Shown in pieces: positions 1 to 8,371 of a stretch of DNA of 38,282 nucleotides. How positions within the stretch are numbered: the stretch's first letter is position 1; every line of letters starts with the position of its first letter. The notes under the pieces are model-generated. The model searched no databases and was not told where the DNA came from. It saw only the letters and a list, made by a program, of their open reading frames with translations. The stretch is taken from positions 1 to 38,282 of IMG/VR virus record IMGVR_UViG_3300011894_000001; one strand, written 5' to 3'. Both the position numbers and the translations under genes were made by a program. Source of the stretch: a virus.

Positions 1-73
1 GCATAGCACAGCCTGGTAGTGCACCTGGTTTGGGACCAGGGGGTCGTAGGTTCGAATCCTACTGCTCCGACCA
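1..73 (+). tRNA. tRNA-Pro (anticodon UGG), nt 5-77; first 4 nt cut off by window start
   Basis: D arm GCAC/GTGC. Anticodon stem CCTGG/CCAGG with loop TTTGGGA (TGG). T arm GTAGG-TTCGAAT-CCTAC. Acceptor 3' strand TGCTCCG, then A, then CCA. Confidence 0.9.
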
Positions 74-523
74 TATTCTTGATTTTAATAAGAAAATCAT
101 CCCTCAAATTTCTATAGAATTACTTACCAACGTAATATTACTAGTGTTATGCAAAGTAATAGGTAGTGAGTAAATACTAAGATTTCATTCCCATTTCATT
201 CCCATCAAATTTTTATGATCAGGATGAAAAAACATCATAAACCCTAGTTTTGAGATATTAAAAAAAACATCAGGGGTATCTGAATTTAGAAGTAATAAAG
301 TAATATTTTATAAATACTATAGTTTAATCAATATCTTATATGTCTTTTCTAATGTAATTTTTAAGTAAGTATCTAGTAATAAATTACTGTATAAAAAGGT
401 ATTTTTTTTACTAAACAGTACTTAATAAAATCAATGACTTATATTTTATTACTTCAAAAATTACAAAAAATTACCTAAAGAAGTAAGTTATTTTATACTT
501 ATTTATCAATCGCTTAATTGGTG

Positions 524-548
524 TTATTACTTTATTACTTCAAATCGA
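524..548 (+). repeat. 25-bp repeat TTATTACTttATTACTTCAAATCGA; candidate integrase arm-type site (or att core), direct copy of 38010-38034
   Basis: 23/25 identity with 38010-38034, including an exact 15-mer ATTACTTCAAATCGA (534-548 = 38020-38034). Part of a dense field of ATTACT motifs at 117-548. Confidence 0.6.
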
Positions 549-638
549 TTCCAAGTTTTATAAAAGCACATTTTTATGTTCTTAAAAAAAGATATCGGTT
601 AAGATTTTATCTAGGAATATTTCTGCTAGAGAAATGTT

Positions 639-953
639 ATGCAAAGTGAATTTGATCAATACAAAAGTTTTTTATTGCAAAAAGAAGAACTTTCCAAAAC
701 AAATAAAATAGCTCCTTGGTTAGATTACTTAGGAAACCCAATTTTTGAAAATGACTTAATTCAACACCCATCTGGTGAAATTGGTTTAGTTATATTTTTA
801 CAGTCAGAATATGAGCCATATAACCAATGGCGTGTGAAATATAATGACAATGTTTTATCAAGACTTTGTTTGCAAATAGGCGATAAAGGACAAGCCATTG
901 TAGTTGGTCATCCCTTAGAGCATATAGAAGTTATTCAAACTGTAGTGCTGTAG
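639..953 (+). CDS. Hypothetical 104-aa protein; cargo gene between the att region and cos
   Basis: Only long ORF in this gap, with GAGAAA 5 nt before the ATG. It lies between att and cos, where phiCTX-type P2 relatives carry cargo. No family recognised with certainty. Confidence 0.55.
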   Translation: MQSEFDQYKSFLLQKEELSKTNKIAPWLDYLGNPIFENDLIQHPSGEIGLVIFLQSEYEPYNQWRVKYNDNVLSRLCLQIGDKGQAIVVGHPLEHIEVIQTVVL

Positions 954-1065
954 TAATATGCAGTATCCGATTTCCCTTTTTTTCTTCTCAATAGCCTAAG
1001 TTTCATAGGTTCTCTAGATTCATTACGCAGTAAAACAGTGTGCAGTAATATAGCCTCATTTAGAT

Positions 1066-1110
1066 GAACCGCAGGCGCGCGGGTGACTGCGTTTGGCCGA
1101 GTGGTCTGGA
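1066..1110. other. Candidate cos (cohesive end / terminase recognition) region
   Basis: The only strongly GC-rich patch (ACCGCAGGCGCGCGGGTGACTGCGTTTGGCCGAGTGG) in an AT-rich non-coding gap just downstream of the portal gene. That is where cos sits in P2-like phages. Exact ends cannot be read from the sequence. Confidence 0.45.
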
Positions 1111-1165
1111 TGGTATAAATGATAAATATTCTCATTTGTGGGTAATTATTAAAATCCATAAAAAA

Positions 1166-1189
1166 AGCCAGCTAATGCTGGCTTTTGTT
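1166..1189. terminator. Bidirectional intrinsic terminator downstream of portal gene
   Basis: Stem AGCCAGC / GCTGGCT with loop TAAT, an A-run before it and a T-run after it. Confidence 0.7.
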
Positions 1190-1200
1190 CTTTTAGGTGT

Positions 1201-2259
1201 TTAATTCACATTTTTTAAGTCATATTCCTTAAATCTAATAATCTCATCTCCAGCCCATTCATTGAGCTGCTGCATCCGTGACTGGAGTGGAACAATTTCA
1301 TTTTGATAAAACACTTCTGCTGCATCTTTAATTGATCCAAAACCGCCAGTATTATTTGGAACAATACCCATGAGTTGTGGAGGTATGCGGAGTGCCGCTA
1401 AGGTATCGTCACGCGTGATTGATTTAATATTGGTGAAGTCATCCTTTGCTGCAATTTCAGAAACAGGCAAGATCTGGATACCATCTTTTTTTCCACCCGG
1501 TGCGTAATAAAATAAATTACGGAAGTTCCCTGGTCCTTTACTATCCTTTAGAGCCTGACGCAAGGCTGTAATATCATTTGGATCCTGCGCTGCATCATTC
1601 ACATATAAGATGAACCCAGCATGAGATCCATTGTTGTAATACTTACGACGGAATAAGGTAGCAGATTCGTTTAGCCATGCACTTTGCAAAGCAGATATGT
1701 ATTCAGGTGCTCCATAAATTTCCTGATCAATGTCTGTTTCCCGAATATGACAAACACGATTATAAAATTCAAATTCTTGATAGCCTTTATGGTCATCACA
1801 AAGTAAAAAGAACTGATCAGAGTATTCACCACGACGCATATATTTTGCTAAAGCAGGTTTGTACTGAATGACACTTCCGAGTCGTGATTTGATTTCTTCT
1901 AAGTAAGTATTTCCACACCAAACATAATCTAAAGCAACTTGTTCAAATCCTTTTCGATTTAACTTTGCATGAGGAATAAAAAGATTAGCCAGAAAATTAC
2001 GTTTAAAAATAATTCCGCTATTTAAATATGGTGTCGATTTATATGATTTGGCTAAACCACTCATACTGACCTGAGGTTCATACCATCGGCCATTGAACCA
2101 TGATTCCATGTAATCCGATAATTCATTTCCATTGAGGACTGGAACGGCATCACCAAAAGTAAATGCCATTGATTCTTGTTTGGTTGTTTTGCTTTGAAAA
2201 ACTGGTAATTGGCTCTTGGCAAAACTAACTAAATTTTTTGCAGTCGATAGGGGATTCAT
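1201..2259 (-). CDS. Q: Portal protein (P2 gpQ-like)
   Basis: 352 aa versus about 344 aa for P2 Q. Divergent from the O-N-M capsid operon and directly downstream of the large terminase, as in P2. Confidence 0.9.
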   Translation of the reverse strand: MNPLSTAKNLVSFAKSQLPVFQSKTTKQESMAFTFGDAVPVLNGNELSDYMESWFNGRWYEPQVSMSGLAKSYKSTPYLNSGIIFKRNFLANLFIPHAKLNRKGFEQVALDYVWCGNTYLEEIKSRLGSVIQYKPALAKYMRRGEYSDQFFLLCDDHKGYQEFEFYNRVCHIRETDIDQEIYGAPEYISALQSAWLNESATLFRRKYYNNGSHAGFILYVNDAAQDPNDITALRQALKDSKGPGNFRNLFYYAPGGKKDGIQILPVSEIAAKDDFTNIKSITRDDTLAALRIPPQLMGIVPNNTGGFGSIKDAAEVFYQNEIVPLQSRMQQLNEWAGDEIIRFKEYDLKNVN

Positions 2260-4037
2260 TAATAGATCTCCATGAAAGATTGATTCATTTGTGTTTGGCC
2301 TTCAAGTGGTTCGTTATAAAGTGCATGCATGAGTGACCAGGCTAGATCCGCGTGTCCTATTTCTTCAGAACGGCCTGCTGTAAAAGTCATTTGACGTTGG
2401 CTTGCTGTAAGCGTTTTTTTAATGCTCATTAATGATTGGGAAAGATCAGTCCACCCTGCGTCATACTCAAGACGGCCATTTCTAATGACATCCATTGTTT
2501 TAAGTACAAGTCTGGTTTTTACTTCAGGTGAATAACTGAACTCAGTGACATTTGGGAAAAACTGCTTAACTAATTGAGATACACCTGTACCCATTCCAGT
2601 GATATCAATACCGATATAAGTCACGTAATAACGTAGTGTTGTTTGGAGGATCATTTCTGCCTGATTTTTAAAATCCATCCCACGGAATTGGATTCTTTCT
2701 AACACTCGAAATTTCCCACCAGGAACAGGGGAGGGGGCTACAACTACTAAGCCTGCACTATCACCACTTTCTGCGGGGTCATAACCAATCCAAACAGGAT
2801 TATTGCCGTATGGTCTAGCATGGAATGGTTTAAAGTCATCAGCCCAAACTTCCCATGAGTCAACCATACATGGTTGAAGCATTGCTAAAGGGAAAATAGA
2901 TGCGCCATCATCAATAAATTGGCACATCAAAAGATTTGCAAATTCTTCAGGTGAATATTCGTATCGCAATTCATCAATATCGAATAGATCACATCCGCCA
3001 TTTTCAGCGTCTAAAATCGTAACGATTTGACGCCACATTTTGTCTTCACATAAGCGGCCATTTTTTAATGCATCATGTGATACATCGATATCGAGTCTTT
3101 GGTCTTTAGGTCGCCCACGGTTATTACGTGTTCCATTCCAGAATGTGAAAGCTTCATGCGCCATTGTAGATGGCGTTGAAAAATAGGTTTTACGCCATTT
3201 TTTATGCAAAGCCATAGCCGAAGCTACTTTGTTTAGTTCTGTGAAGCCAAACGTCCAGAAAAACTCATCGAAATAAAAATTACCGTGGTGGCCTTGGGCA
3301 GTTCTGTAATTTGTACCTAAGAATGACAATGAAGCTTGATTGTTATCTGGCAGTACGATCGGATCTCCGACCAATTCAACTCCGCAAGCCTCATATGCAA
3401 AACCTTTAATGTATTCTTTGAAAATATGAGCCTGCGCCTTTGAAGCAGATAAGAAAATTTGATTCCGACCTGTTTTAACAGCATCGACCAAAGCTTCACG
3501 GGCAAAGTACCATGTCGCACCAATTTGGCGGCTTTTGAGAATTACTCGAGTACGTTGGTTGCCTGCTTTATACCAATCGCGCTGATAGTCAAATAGACTA
3601 TCTTCAAAGGCTGAAATAAGTTGTTCAACTTGTTCTTCAGTGAATTGATTATTTTCTTTTTTCTTCTTGGGTGCTGCGTTACGCTTGGCAATATTTGGAT
3701 TTAGATCCGCTTCATTACCGCCTTCTTTATAACGTTCAATTCGGGCAAATTCTTTATAATTTTTAAATAATTCGCTTAATTCTTTATAGTCTCCACTCGA
3801 TTTTTTGTTCTTTAGAGTGAGAGTCATTAAGCGAACTGTTAATGCTTCTTCAACACGACTTTCTGATCGTGTTTTATCCCACTCTTCTCTGGTTTTCCAA
3901 GCCTGAACTGTACGCTCATTTTCGTCTAGCGCTTCAGCAATATCGACAATTTTCCAGCCAAGCCAAAAGAGAAACTTGGCTTTTAATTTGTTATCTAGAA
4001 TCAGCTCAAGATTAGCTAACTGTGATAATTCATTCAT
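2259..4037 (-). CDS. P: Terminase large (ATPase) subunit (P2 gpP-like)
   Basis: 592 aa versus about 590 aa for P2 P. Same position and orientation as P2 P. Confidence 0.9.
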   Translation of the reverse strand: MNELSQLANLELILDNKLKAKFLFWLGWKIVDIAEALDENERTVQAWKTREEWDKTRSESRVEEALTVRLMTLTLKNKKSSGDYKELSELFKNYKEFARIERYKEGGNEADLNPNIAKRNAAPKKKKENNQFTEEQVEQLISAFEDSLFDYQRDWYKAGNQRTRVILKSRQIGATWYFAREALVDAVKTGRNQIFLSASKAQAHIFKEYIKGFAYEACGVELVGDPIVLPDNNQASLSFLGTNYRTAQGHHGNFYFDEFFWTFGFTELNKVASAMALHKKWRKTYFSTPSTMAHEAFTFWNGTRNNRGRPKDQRLDIDVSHDALKNGRLCEDKMWRQIVTILDAENGGCDLFDIDELRYEYSPEEFANLLMCQFIDDGASIFPLAMLQPCMVDSWEVWADDFKPFHARPYGNNPVWIGYDPAESGDSAGLVVVAPSPVPGGKFRVLERIQFRGMDFKNQAEMILQTTLRYYVTYIGIDITGMGTGVSQLVKQFFPNVTEFSYSPEVKTRLVLKTMDVIRNGRLEYDAGWTDLSQSLMSIKKTLTASQRQMTFTAGRSEEIGHADLAWSLMHALYNEPLEGQTQMNQSFMEIY

Positions 4038-4107
4038 GGTTTACGGATTGATTTAATTTCATCCGCAAACGATGGCAGGCAAGTTAGCTTTTATCAGTCA
4101 TGGCAAT

Positions 4108-4128
4108 TTGTATGTCAGTTATATACAA
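4108..4128. promoter_or_regulatory. Late-promoter activator (Ogr-type) dyad element in the divergent P/O intergenic region
   Basis: TTGTATGTCAGTTATATACAA is the exact reverse complement of the element at 10188-10208. It has the TGT...ACA dyad typical of P2-family late promoters. TAATAT at 4153-4158 is a possible -10 toward O. Confidence 0.7.
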
Positions 4129-4215
4129 GCATGCTCAATTGCTACACATAACTAATATTGCCCATTCTGCACCTATTGAAATTGCCCGAAAAAACCTTGC
4201 AACAGGTACAGCAGA

Positions 4216-5046
4216 ATGACTGAAAAAACACAGCCGAAAAAATTTAAATCGAAATGGTTTCGAGTTGCCGTGGCTGGTGACACTACAGATGGTCGTGAAA
4301 TTCAATCTGAATGGATCATCCAAATGGCGCAAACTTACAATCTGAACACTTATGGTGCTCGTATCAATTTAGAGCACATTAAGGGCGTTTCTCCAGATGG
4401 TATTTTCGGAGCTTATGGAGATGTGATCGCCCTTAAAACGGAAAAAGTTACGATCAATGGTGAACAGAAAGATGCCTTGTTTGCACAGATCCAACCAAAT
4501 GAAAATTTGATTGCACTTAATCAAAAAAATCAAAAAATTTATACATCTATCGAAGTCGATGAAAATTTTGCGAAAACTGGCCAAGCCTATTTAGTGGGAC
4601 TTGCCGTTACTGACAGTCCTGCATCGCTTGGTACTGAAATGCTCTCTTTTGCAGCTGGCGCAAATGAAAACCCACTTAAAGCGAAGAAATTACGTCCTGA
4701 AAATTTATTCAGTGCAGCACAAGAAACAAAATTCGAATTCGAAGAAGTTAAAGATTCATTTGCCAGTGACTTATACAACAAAGTTAAAAACTTATTCAAA
4801 ACTCAAGAACAGCAACACCAGCAGACTCAAGAAAACTTTAGTCAAAGCGAACAAGCCATTCTTGAAATTGCTCAGCAAACAGTGACGCAAGGAAATGAGT
4901 TTGCAGACTTAAAAGTCAAACATGAACAGCTGCAGAATGAATTCAATCAATTAAAAAATAAGCTAGATCAAGAACCCCAAGGTCAACCACGGCCACAGTC
5001 TAACAACAGCAAATTTTCTGAAGACGTTGGCGAAATCGACTGTTAA
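4216..5046 (+). CDS. O: Capsid scaffolding protein (P2 gpO-like)
   Basis: 276 aa, first gene of the O-N-M-L operon. Q/E-rich coiled C-terminal part. Confidence 0.85.
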   Translation: MTEKTQPKKFKSKWFRVAVAGDTTDGREIQSEWIIQMAQTYNLNTYGARINLEHIKGVSPDGIFGAYGDVIALKTEKVTINGEQKDALFAQIQPNENLIALNQKNQKIYTSIEVDENFAKTGQAYLVGLAVTDSPASLGTEMLSFAAGANENPLKAKKLRPENLFSAAQETKFEFEEVKDSFASDLYNKVKNLFKTQEQQHQQTQENFSQSEQAILEIAQQTVTQGNEFADLKVKHEQLQNEFNQLKNKLDQEPQGQPRPQSNNSKFSEDVGEIDC

Positions 5047-5102
5047 TTCAGTCGGTTCTAGCAATTTATTAATCCAATTTAATTATATTTAGAGTAAAGA
5101 AA

Positions 5103-6113
5103 ATGCGTACAGAAACACGTGCTAAGTACAATAAAGTCATGGTTGAGTTAGCAAAACTCAATGGGGTTGAAAAAGTTTCACAAAAATTTAATGTGACTCC
5201 AACTGTTCAACAAAAGCTTGAAGATAAAATTCAAGAATCATCTGAATTTTTGAAGAAAATTAATATTTTTGTTGTTCCTGAACAATCGGGTTCTGCGGTT
5301 GGTCTTGGTATTTCTCGCCCTATCGCATCTCGTACAAATACGGATGCTGGAGAGCGTCAAGCTACAGATCCAACTGGTATGGATGAGCGTTTTTACTTTT
5401 GTCGTAAAACCGATTTTGATACCGCAATTAAGTACGCAAAACTTGATCAATGGGCAAAATTCAAAGATTTTTATAGTCGATTCCGTGGCGCTATCGTAAA
5501 ACGACAAGCTCTGGACCGTATCATGATCGGGTTCAATGGTATCAGTATCGCTTCTAATACGGACATTACAGCAAATCCTTTATTGCAAGATGTGAATAAA
5601 GGCTGGTTGCAAAAAATGCGTGAAGAGAATGAATCGCGTGTAATGAAATCAGGTGCTGCGCAAGGAAAAATTACAGTAGGTAAAACTGGCGATTATAAAA
5701 ATCTTGATGCATTGGTTATGAATATCGTTGATGAAATGATTGATGACGTTCACCAGGGCAATCCAGATTTAGTCGTAATGTGTAACCGAAAAACTGTTTC
5801 GGATAAATACTTCCCATTGGTCAATAAAGATCAAGACAACTCTGAAAAACTAGCCGCAGACATCATCATTAGCCAAAAACGTATGGGTGGATTGCCTGTT
5901 TACTCAGTACCGTTTTTCCCTGAAGGAATCATCTTTGTAACTACATTCGATAATTTATCGATTTATGTTCAAGAGGGTGCTCGTCGTCGTACAGTCATTG
6001 ACAATCCAAAACGTGACCAAATCGAGAACTATGAGTCTTCAAACGAAGATTATTACATTGAAGATCTTGGTCTTGCATGTATGGCTGAAAATATCGAAAT
6101 TCTGGCGGAGTAA
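5103..6113 (+). CDS. N: Major capsid protein (P2 gpN-like)
   Basis: 336 aa, positioned between the scaffold and small terminase genes. Confidence 0.9.
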   Translation: MRTETRAKYNKVMVELAKLNGVEKVSQKFNVTPTVQQKLEDKIQESSEFLKKINIFVVPEQSGSAVGLGISRPIASRTNTDAGERQATDPTGMDERFYFCRKTDFDTAIKYAKLDQWAKFKDFYSRFRGAIVKRQALDRIMIGFNGISIASNTDITANPLLQDVNKGWLQKMREENESRVMKSGAAQGKITVGKTGDYKNLDALVMNIVDEMIDDVHQGNPDLVVMCNRKTVSDKYFPLVNKDQDNSEKLAADIIISQKRMGGLPVYSVPFFPEGIIFVTTFDNLSIYVQEGARRRTVIDNPKRDQIENYESSNEDYYIEDLGLACMAENIEILAE

Positions 6114-6119
6114 TTTGTC

Positions 6120-6983
6120 ATGAACTTGGCTCGAAAGCACTTCCAACAGCATCAAGCCAAATCCGCAGCTGAGACAGCTGCGGAGTTCGGTACCATGCGA
6201 AATACAAATGCCTATGAGCAGCAACTTTTGCAGCTTAATAGTGATAAAAATCGACTCAAAAATATTCAGTCCAAACAAAATAAAGTCGAATTAAAACGCC
6301 AGTTAATTCCAAATTACAAACCATATGTGGAAGGTATTTTAGAAGTAAAACCTGGTGTTCAGGATGCAGTAATTACTGAGATTTTGGTTTGGTCAATTGA
6401 TATTGGTGATTTTGATTTTGCACTTGATATTGCCGAATACATTCTGAAATACGGCTTAAAACTTCCAGACCGTTTTGAACGTTCTGAAGCATGCTTTATT
6501 ACTGAAGATATTGCAGAAGAATTTTTAAAATTACTCAAAACTGAAGCTGGTATCGATCAAAAAGGATTAGATCAATTAGTGCGTTTAGAACGTCTAATTA
6601 CTGATAAATCTTTGCCACAAAATCGTCTTGATATGCCAGATGAAGTTAAAGCTAAGCTTTATCTCGCTTTAGGTAAAGGTGAAATGCAGTTTTTGACTGG
6701 TGATCTTGAAAATGATTTACCACGCTCTGTTCATGCTCAATGTTGGTTAGAAAAAGCATTAGATCTTGACGATAAATGTGGCGGTCGAACTGATCTAAAC
6801 AAAATGAGTAAGCTTTCTACCAAGTTATTAGCAGAAAGAGAAACTACAGATACTTTGGCTTATCAAAAAGAATCTCAAGTAGTTACTACCAACGAACAAA
6901 CAGAAGTTACCGACGTTTTGTTAAATCAAAATGGAACGCCTGTGGTTGATGACCACGGCAATATGGTACCGACTTCTGAATAA
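6120..6983 (+). CDS. M: Terminase small (endonuclease) subunit (P2 gpM-like)
   Basis: 287 aa, syntenic with P2 M, which follows the capsid gene. Confidence 0.8.
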   Translation: MNLARKHFQQHQAKSAAETAAEFGTMRNTNAYEQQLLQLNSDKNRLKNIQSKQNKVELKRQLIPNYKPYVEGILEVKPGVQDAVITEILVWSIDIGDFDFALDIAEYILKYGLKLPDRFERSEACFITEDIAEEFLKLLKTEAGIDQKGLDQLVRLERLITDKSLPQNRLDMPDEVKAKLYLALGKGEMQFLTGDLENDLPRSVHAQCWLEKALDLDDKCGGRTDLNKMSKLSTKLLAERETTDTLAYQKESQVVTTNEQTEVTDVLLNQNGTPVVDDHGNMVPTSE

Positions 6984-6995
6984 GTGCCCCGCACC

Positions 6996-7066
6996 GCACT
7001 GGAGTGCAATGGTCGTGATCTTAACGTCACAGTAAATCTTCACCGAGCCATTGCCCCTCCCAGTGC
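6996..7066 (+). promoter_or_regulatory. GC-rich extended stem-loop in the M-L intergenic gap
   Basis: GCACTGG (6996-7002) pairs with CCAGTGC (7060-7066). GCAATGG (7006-7012) pairs with CCATTGC (7048-7054). The stems enclose a 35-nt loop. Function unknown. Confidence 0.4.
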
Positions 7067-7084
7067 ATTAAGAAGGAGATCTAC

Positions 7085-7534
7085 ATGGGATTTATCGCAA
7101 ACGGTGCAATAACCCCAAGTCATATCACTATTTCAAGTGGCACCTTTTTTCCTGAAATTTCTCTAGATGAGATCCGCAGTTTTGTTCGGATCGACGGATC
7201 AGTGACCGATGTTCGATTGCAACAACTTACTCGGGAAGAAGTCATCGATGTAAATCGTTTACTTGCAAACTTAGTGATGAAAGCCGAAAAGCTAGTTGAT
7301 TTAGCTGTTAATGAAATTGACGGTAAAGCAGATACTGAAGTGCTTTATTTTTCAGCCGTATCGAATGGTGTAGCAGCAAAAGTAAACGAAATTTATCGTA
7401 ACTATGACAGTACTAATTCTGGTGTAAAAAAATCAGAATCGATGGATTGTTCAGTTGATGACTACCGACGAAATAAGCAATGGGCGATTCAACAGCTAAA
7501 AGGCGAAAACCACAGCATAGTTGAGTTGATATGA
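7085..7534 (+). CDS. L: Head completion/stabilisation protein (P2 gpL-like)
   Basis: 149 aa with strong RBS AAGGAG. Syntenic; ATGA overlap with the next gene. Confidence 0.8.
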   Translation: MGFIANGAITPSHITISSGTFFPEISLDEIRSFVRIDGSVTDVRLQQLTREEVIDVNRLLANLVMKAEKLVDLAVNEIDGKADTEVLYFSAVSNGVAAKVNEIYRNYDSTNSGVKKSESMDCSVDDYRRNKQWAIQQLKGENHSIVELI

Positions 7535-7743
7535 GCAAAACCATCACAGCTATTCAAAATGACACTATCAACTCAATTTGTTGGCGATATTACGGACGCA
7601 GTTCGGGTGTAGTTGAAAAGGTACTCGAAGCAAATCCAGCTTTGGCCGATATAGGAATTTTTTTGCCCATTGGCACCTCTGTATTTCTTCCTGATATCGA
7701 TACACCACAACAAATCAAGCAAACAGTACAACTGTGGGATTAA
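7531..7743 (+). CDS. X: Tail protein X (P2 gpX-like, LysM-like fold)
   Basis: 70 aa. The pattern IQNDTINSICWRYYGR..GVVEKVLEANPALA...LP.GT.V.LPDI matches the remembered P2 gpX pattern. Confidence 0.9.
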   Translation: MSKTITAIQNDTINSICWRYYGRSSGVVEKVLEANPALADIGIFLPIGTSVFLPDIDTPQQIKQTVQLWD

Positions 7744-7745
7744 TA

Positions 7746-8102
7746 ATGCCAGAACCAACTACAACATCAGCAATTACAGCAGTTTCAATTAGTGCAGCTT
7801 CATTACTTCCATTTGTAAATGGGAATGCATTGCTTGGGGCAGTATTTGGAGCAGCTCTATTTGCTACAACGAAAAAAGATTTAAAACCATTACAGCGACT
7901 TTGGACGATGATCATTGCCGTTGGTATTGGCTATTTACTTGCACCAGAAGTAACAACTAGAACTTTGATTACCAACGATGCAACAGCAGGAATGATTGCT
8001 TCAATTTTTTCATTACCAATTATCTTAAAAGCTATGGTCTGGGTAGACCAATCGAGTCTATCTGACATCTGGAATAAGTTTCGTGGAGGAGGAAAGCCAT
8101 GA
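7746..8102 (+). CDS. Putative holin / lysis membrane protein (about 3 TM)
   Basis: Hydrophobic segments and the position of P2 gene Y. ATG at 7746 preferred over the GTG at 7734 used by the ORF track. Confidence 0.6.
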   Translation: MPEPTTTSAITAVSISAASLLPFVNGNALLGAVFGAALFATTKKDLKPLQRLWTMIIAVGIGYLLAPEVTTRTLITNDATAGMIASIFSLPIILKAMVWVDQSSLSDIWNKFRGGGKP

Positions 8103-8371
8103 TCGAAATTATGTTTCAACTGATTGCTCTGATTGCCTACTTGATTTGTGGTCTACGGATTATCTGTTTTGATGCAGAAGGTCTCCGCCATCGTCACGGC
8201 TTTTCAATTCTGGCCACGATTCTTATTGCTGCTTTTATCGGGCAATCAATTCACATTCTCTTTTTTAAAGATCCTGTCACGTTATGGGATGCCATCTTTG
8301 CAGTACTTTTGGCGGTCTTAATTTGCCGTGCAAAAGGTAATGTCGCAAAACTTATCTGGAGCACAACATAA
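8099..8371 (+). CDS. Second lysis membrane protein (holin/antiholin-like, 3 TM)
   Basis: 90 aa and almost entirely hydrophobic helices. Overlapping start/stop with both neighbours in the lysis cassette. Confidence 0.55.
   Translation: MIEIMFQLIALIAYLICGLRIICFDAEGLRHRHGFSILATILIAAFIGQSIHILFFKDPVTLWDAIFAVLLAVLICRAKGNVAKLIWSTT

Noticed and set aside
183-204. Tandem 11-mer TTTCATTCCCA x2
   Set aside because: Only two copies in low-complexity AT-rich DNA. It may be a protein site but cannot be distinguished from chance.
935-1159. 74-aa minus-strand ORF spanning the gap between the cargo ORF and the portal gene
   Set aside because: It runs through the GC-rich candidate cos region, has no RBS and has odd composition. 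The region is more likely non-coding packaging DNA.
1677-1871. 64-aa plus-strand ORF inside the portal gene
   Set aside because: Antisense shadow ORF fully nested in a well-supported structural gene.
3317-3523. 68-aa alternative-frame ORF inside the large terminase gene
   Set aside because: Nested out-of-frame ORF with no independent signals.
4135-4332. 65-aa minus-strand ORF overlapping the start of the scaffold gene
   Set aside because: It crosses the late promoter region and the O start, with no RBS. Judged a shadow ORF.
4369-6278. Several 70-94-aa ORFs on both strands within the scaffold, capsid and small-terminase genes (4369-4584, 4587-4799, 4601-4885, 5238-5507, 5269-5499, 6039-6278)
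   Set aside because: All are nested in or antisense to genes with strong synteny support. AT-rich DNA produces such ORFs by chance.
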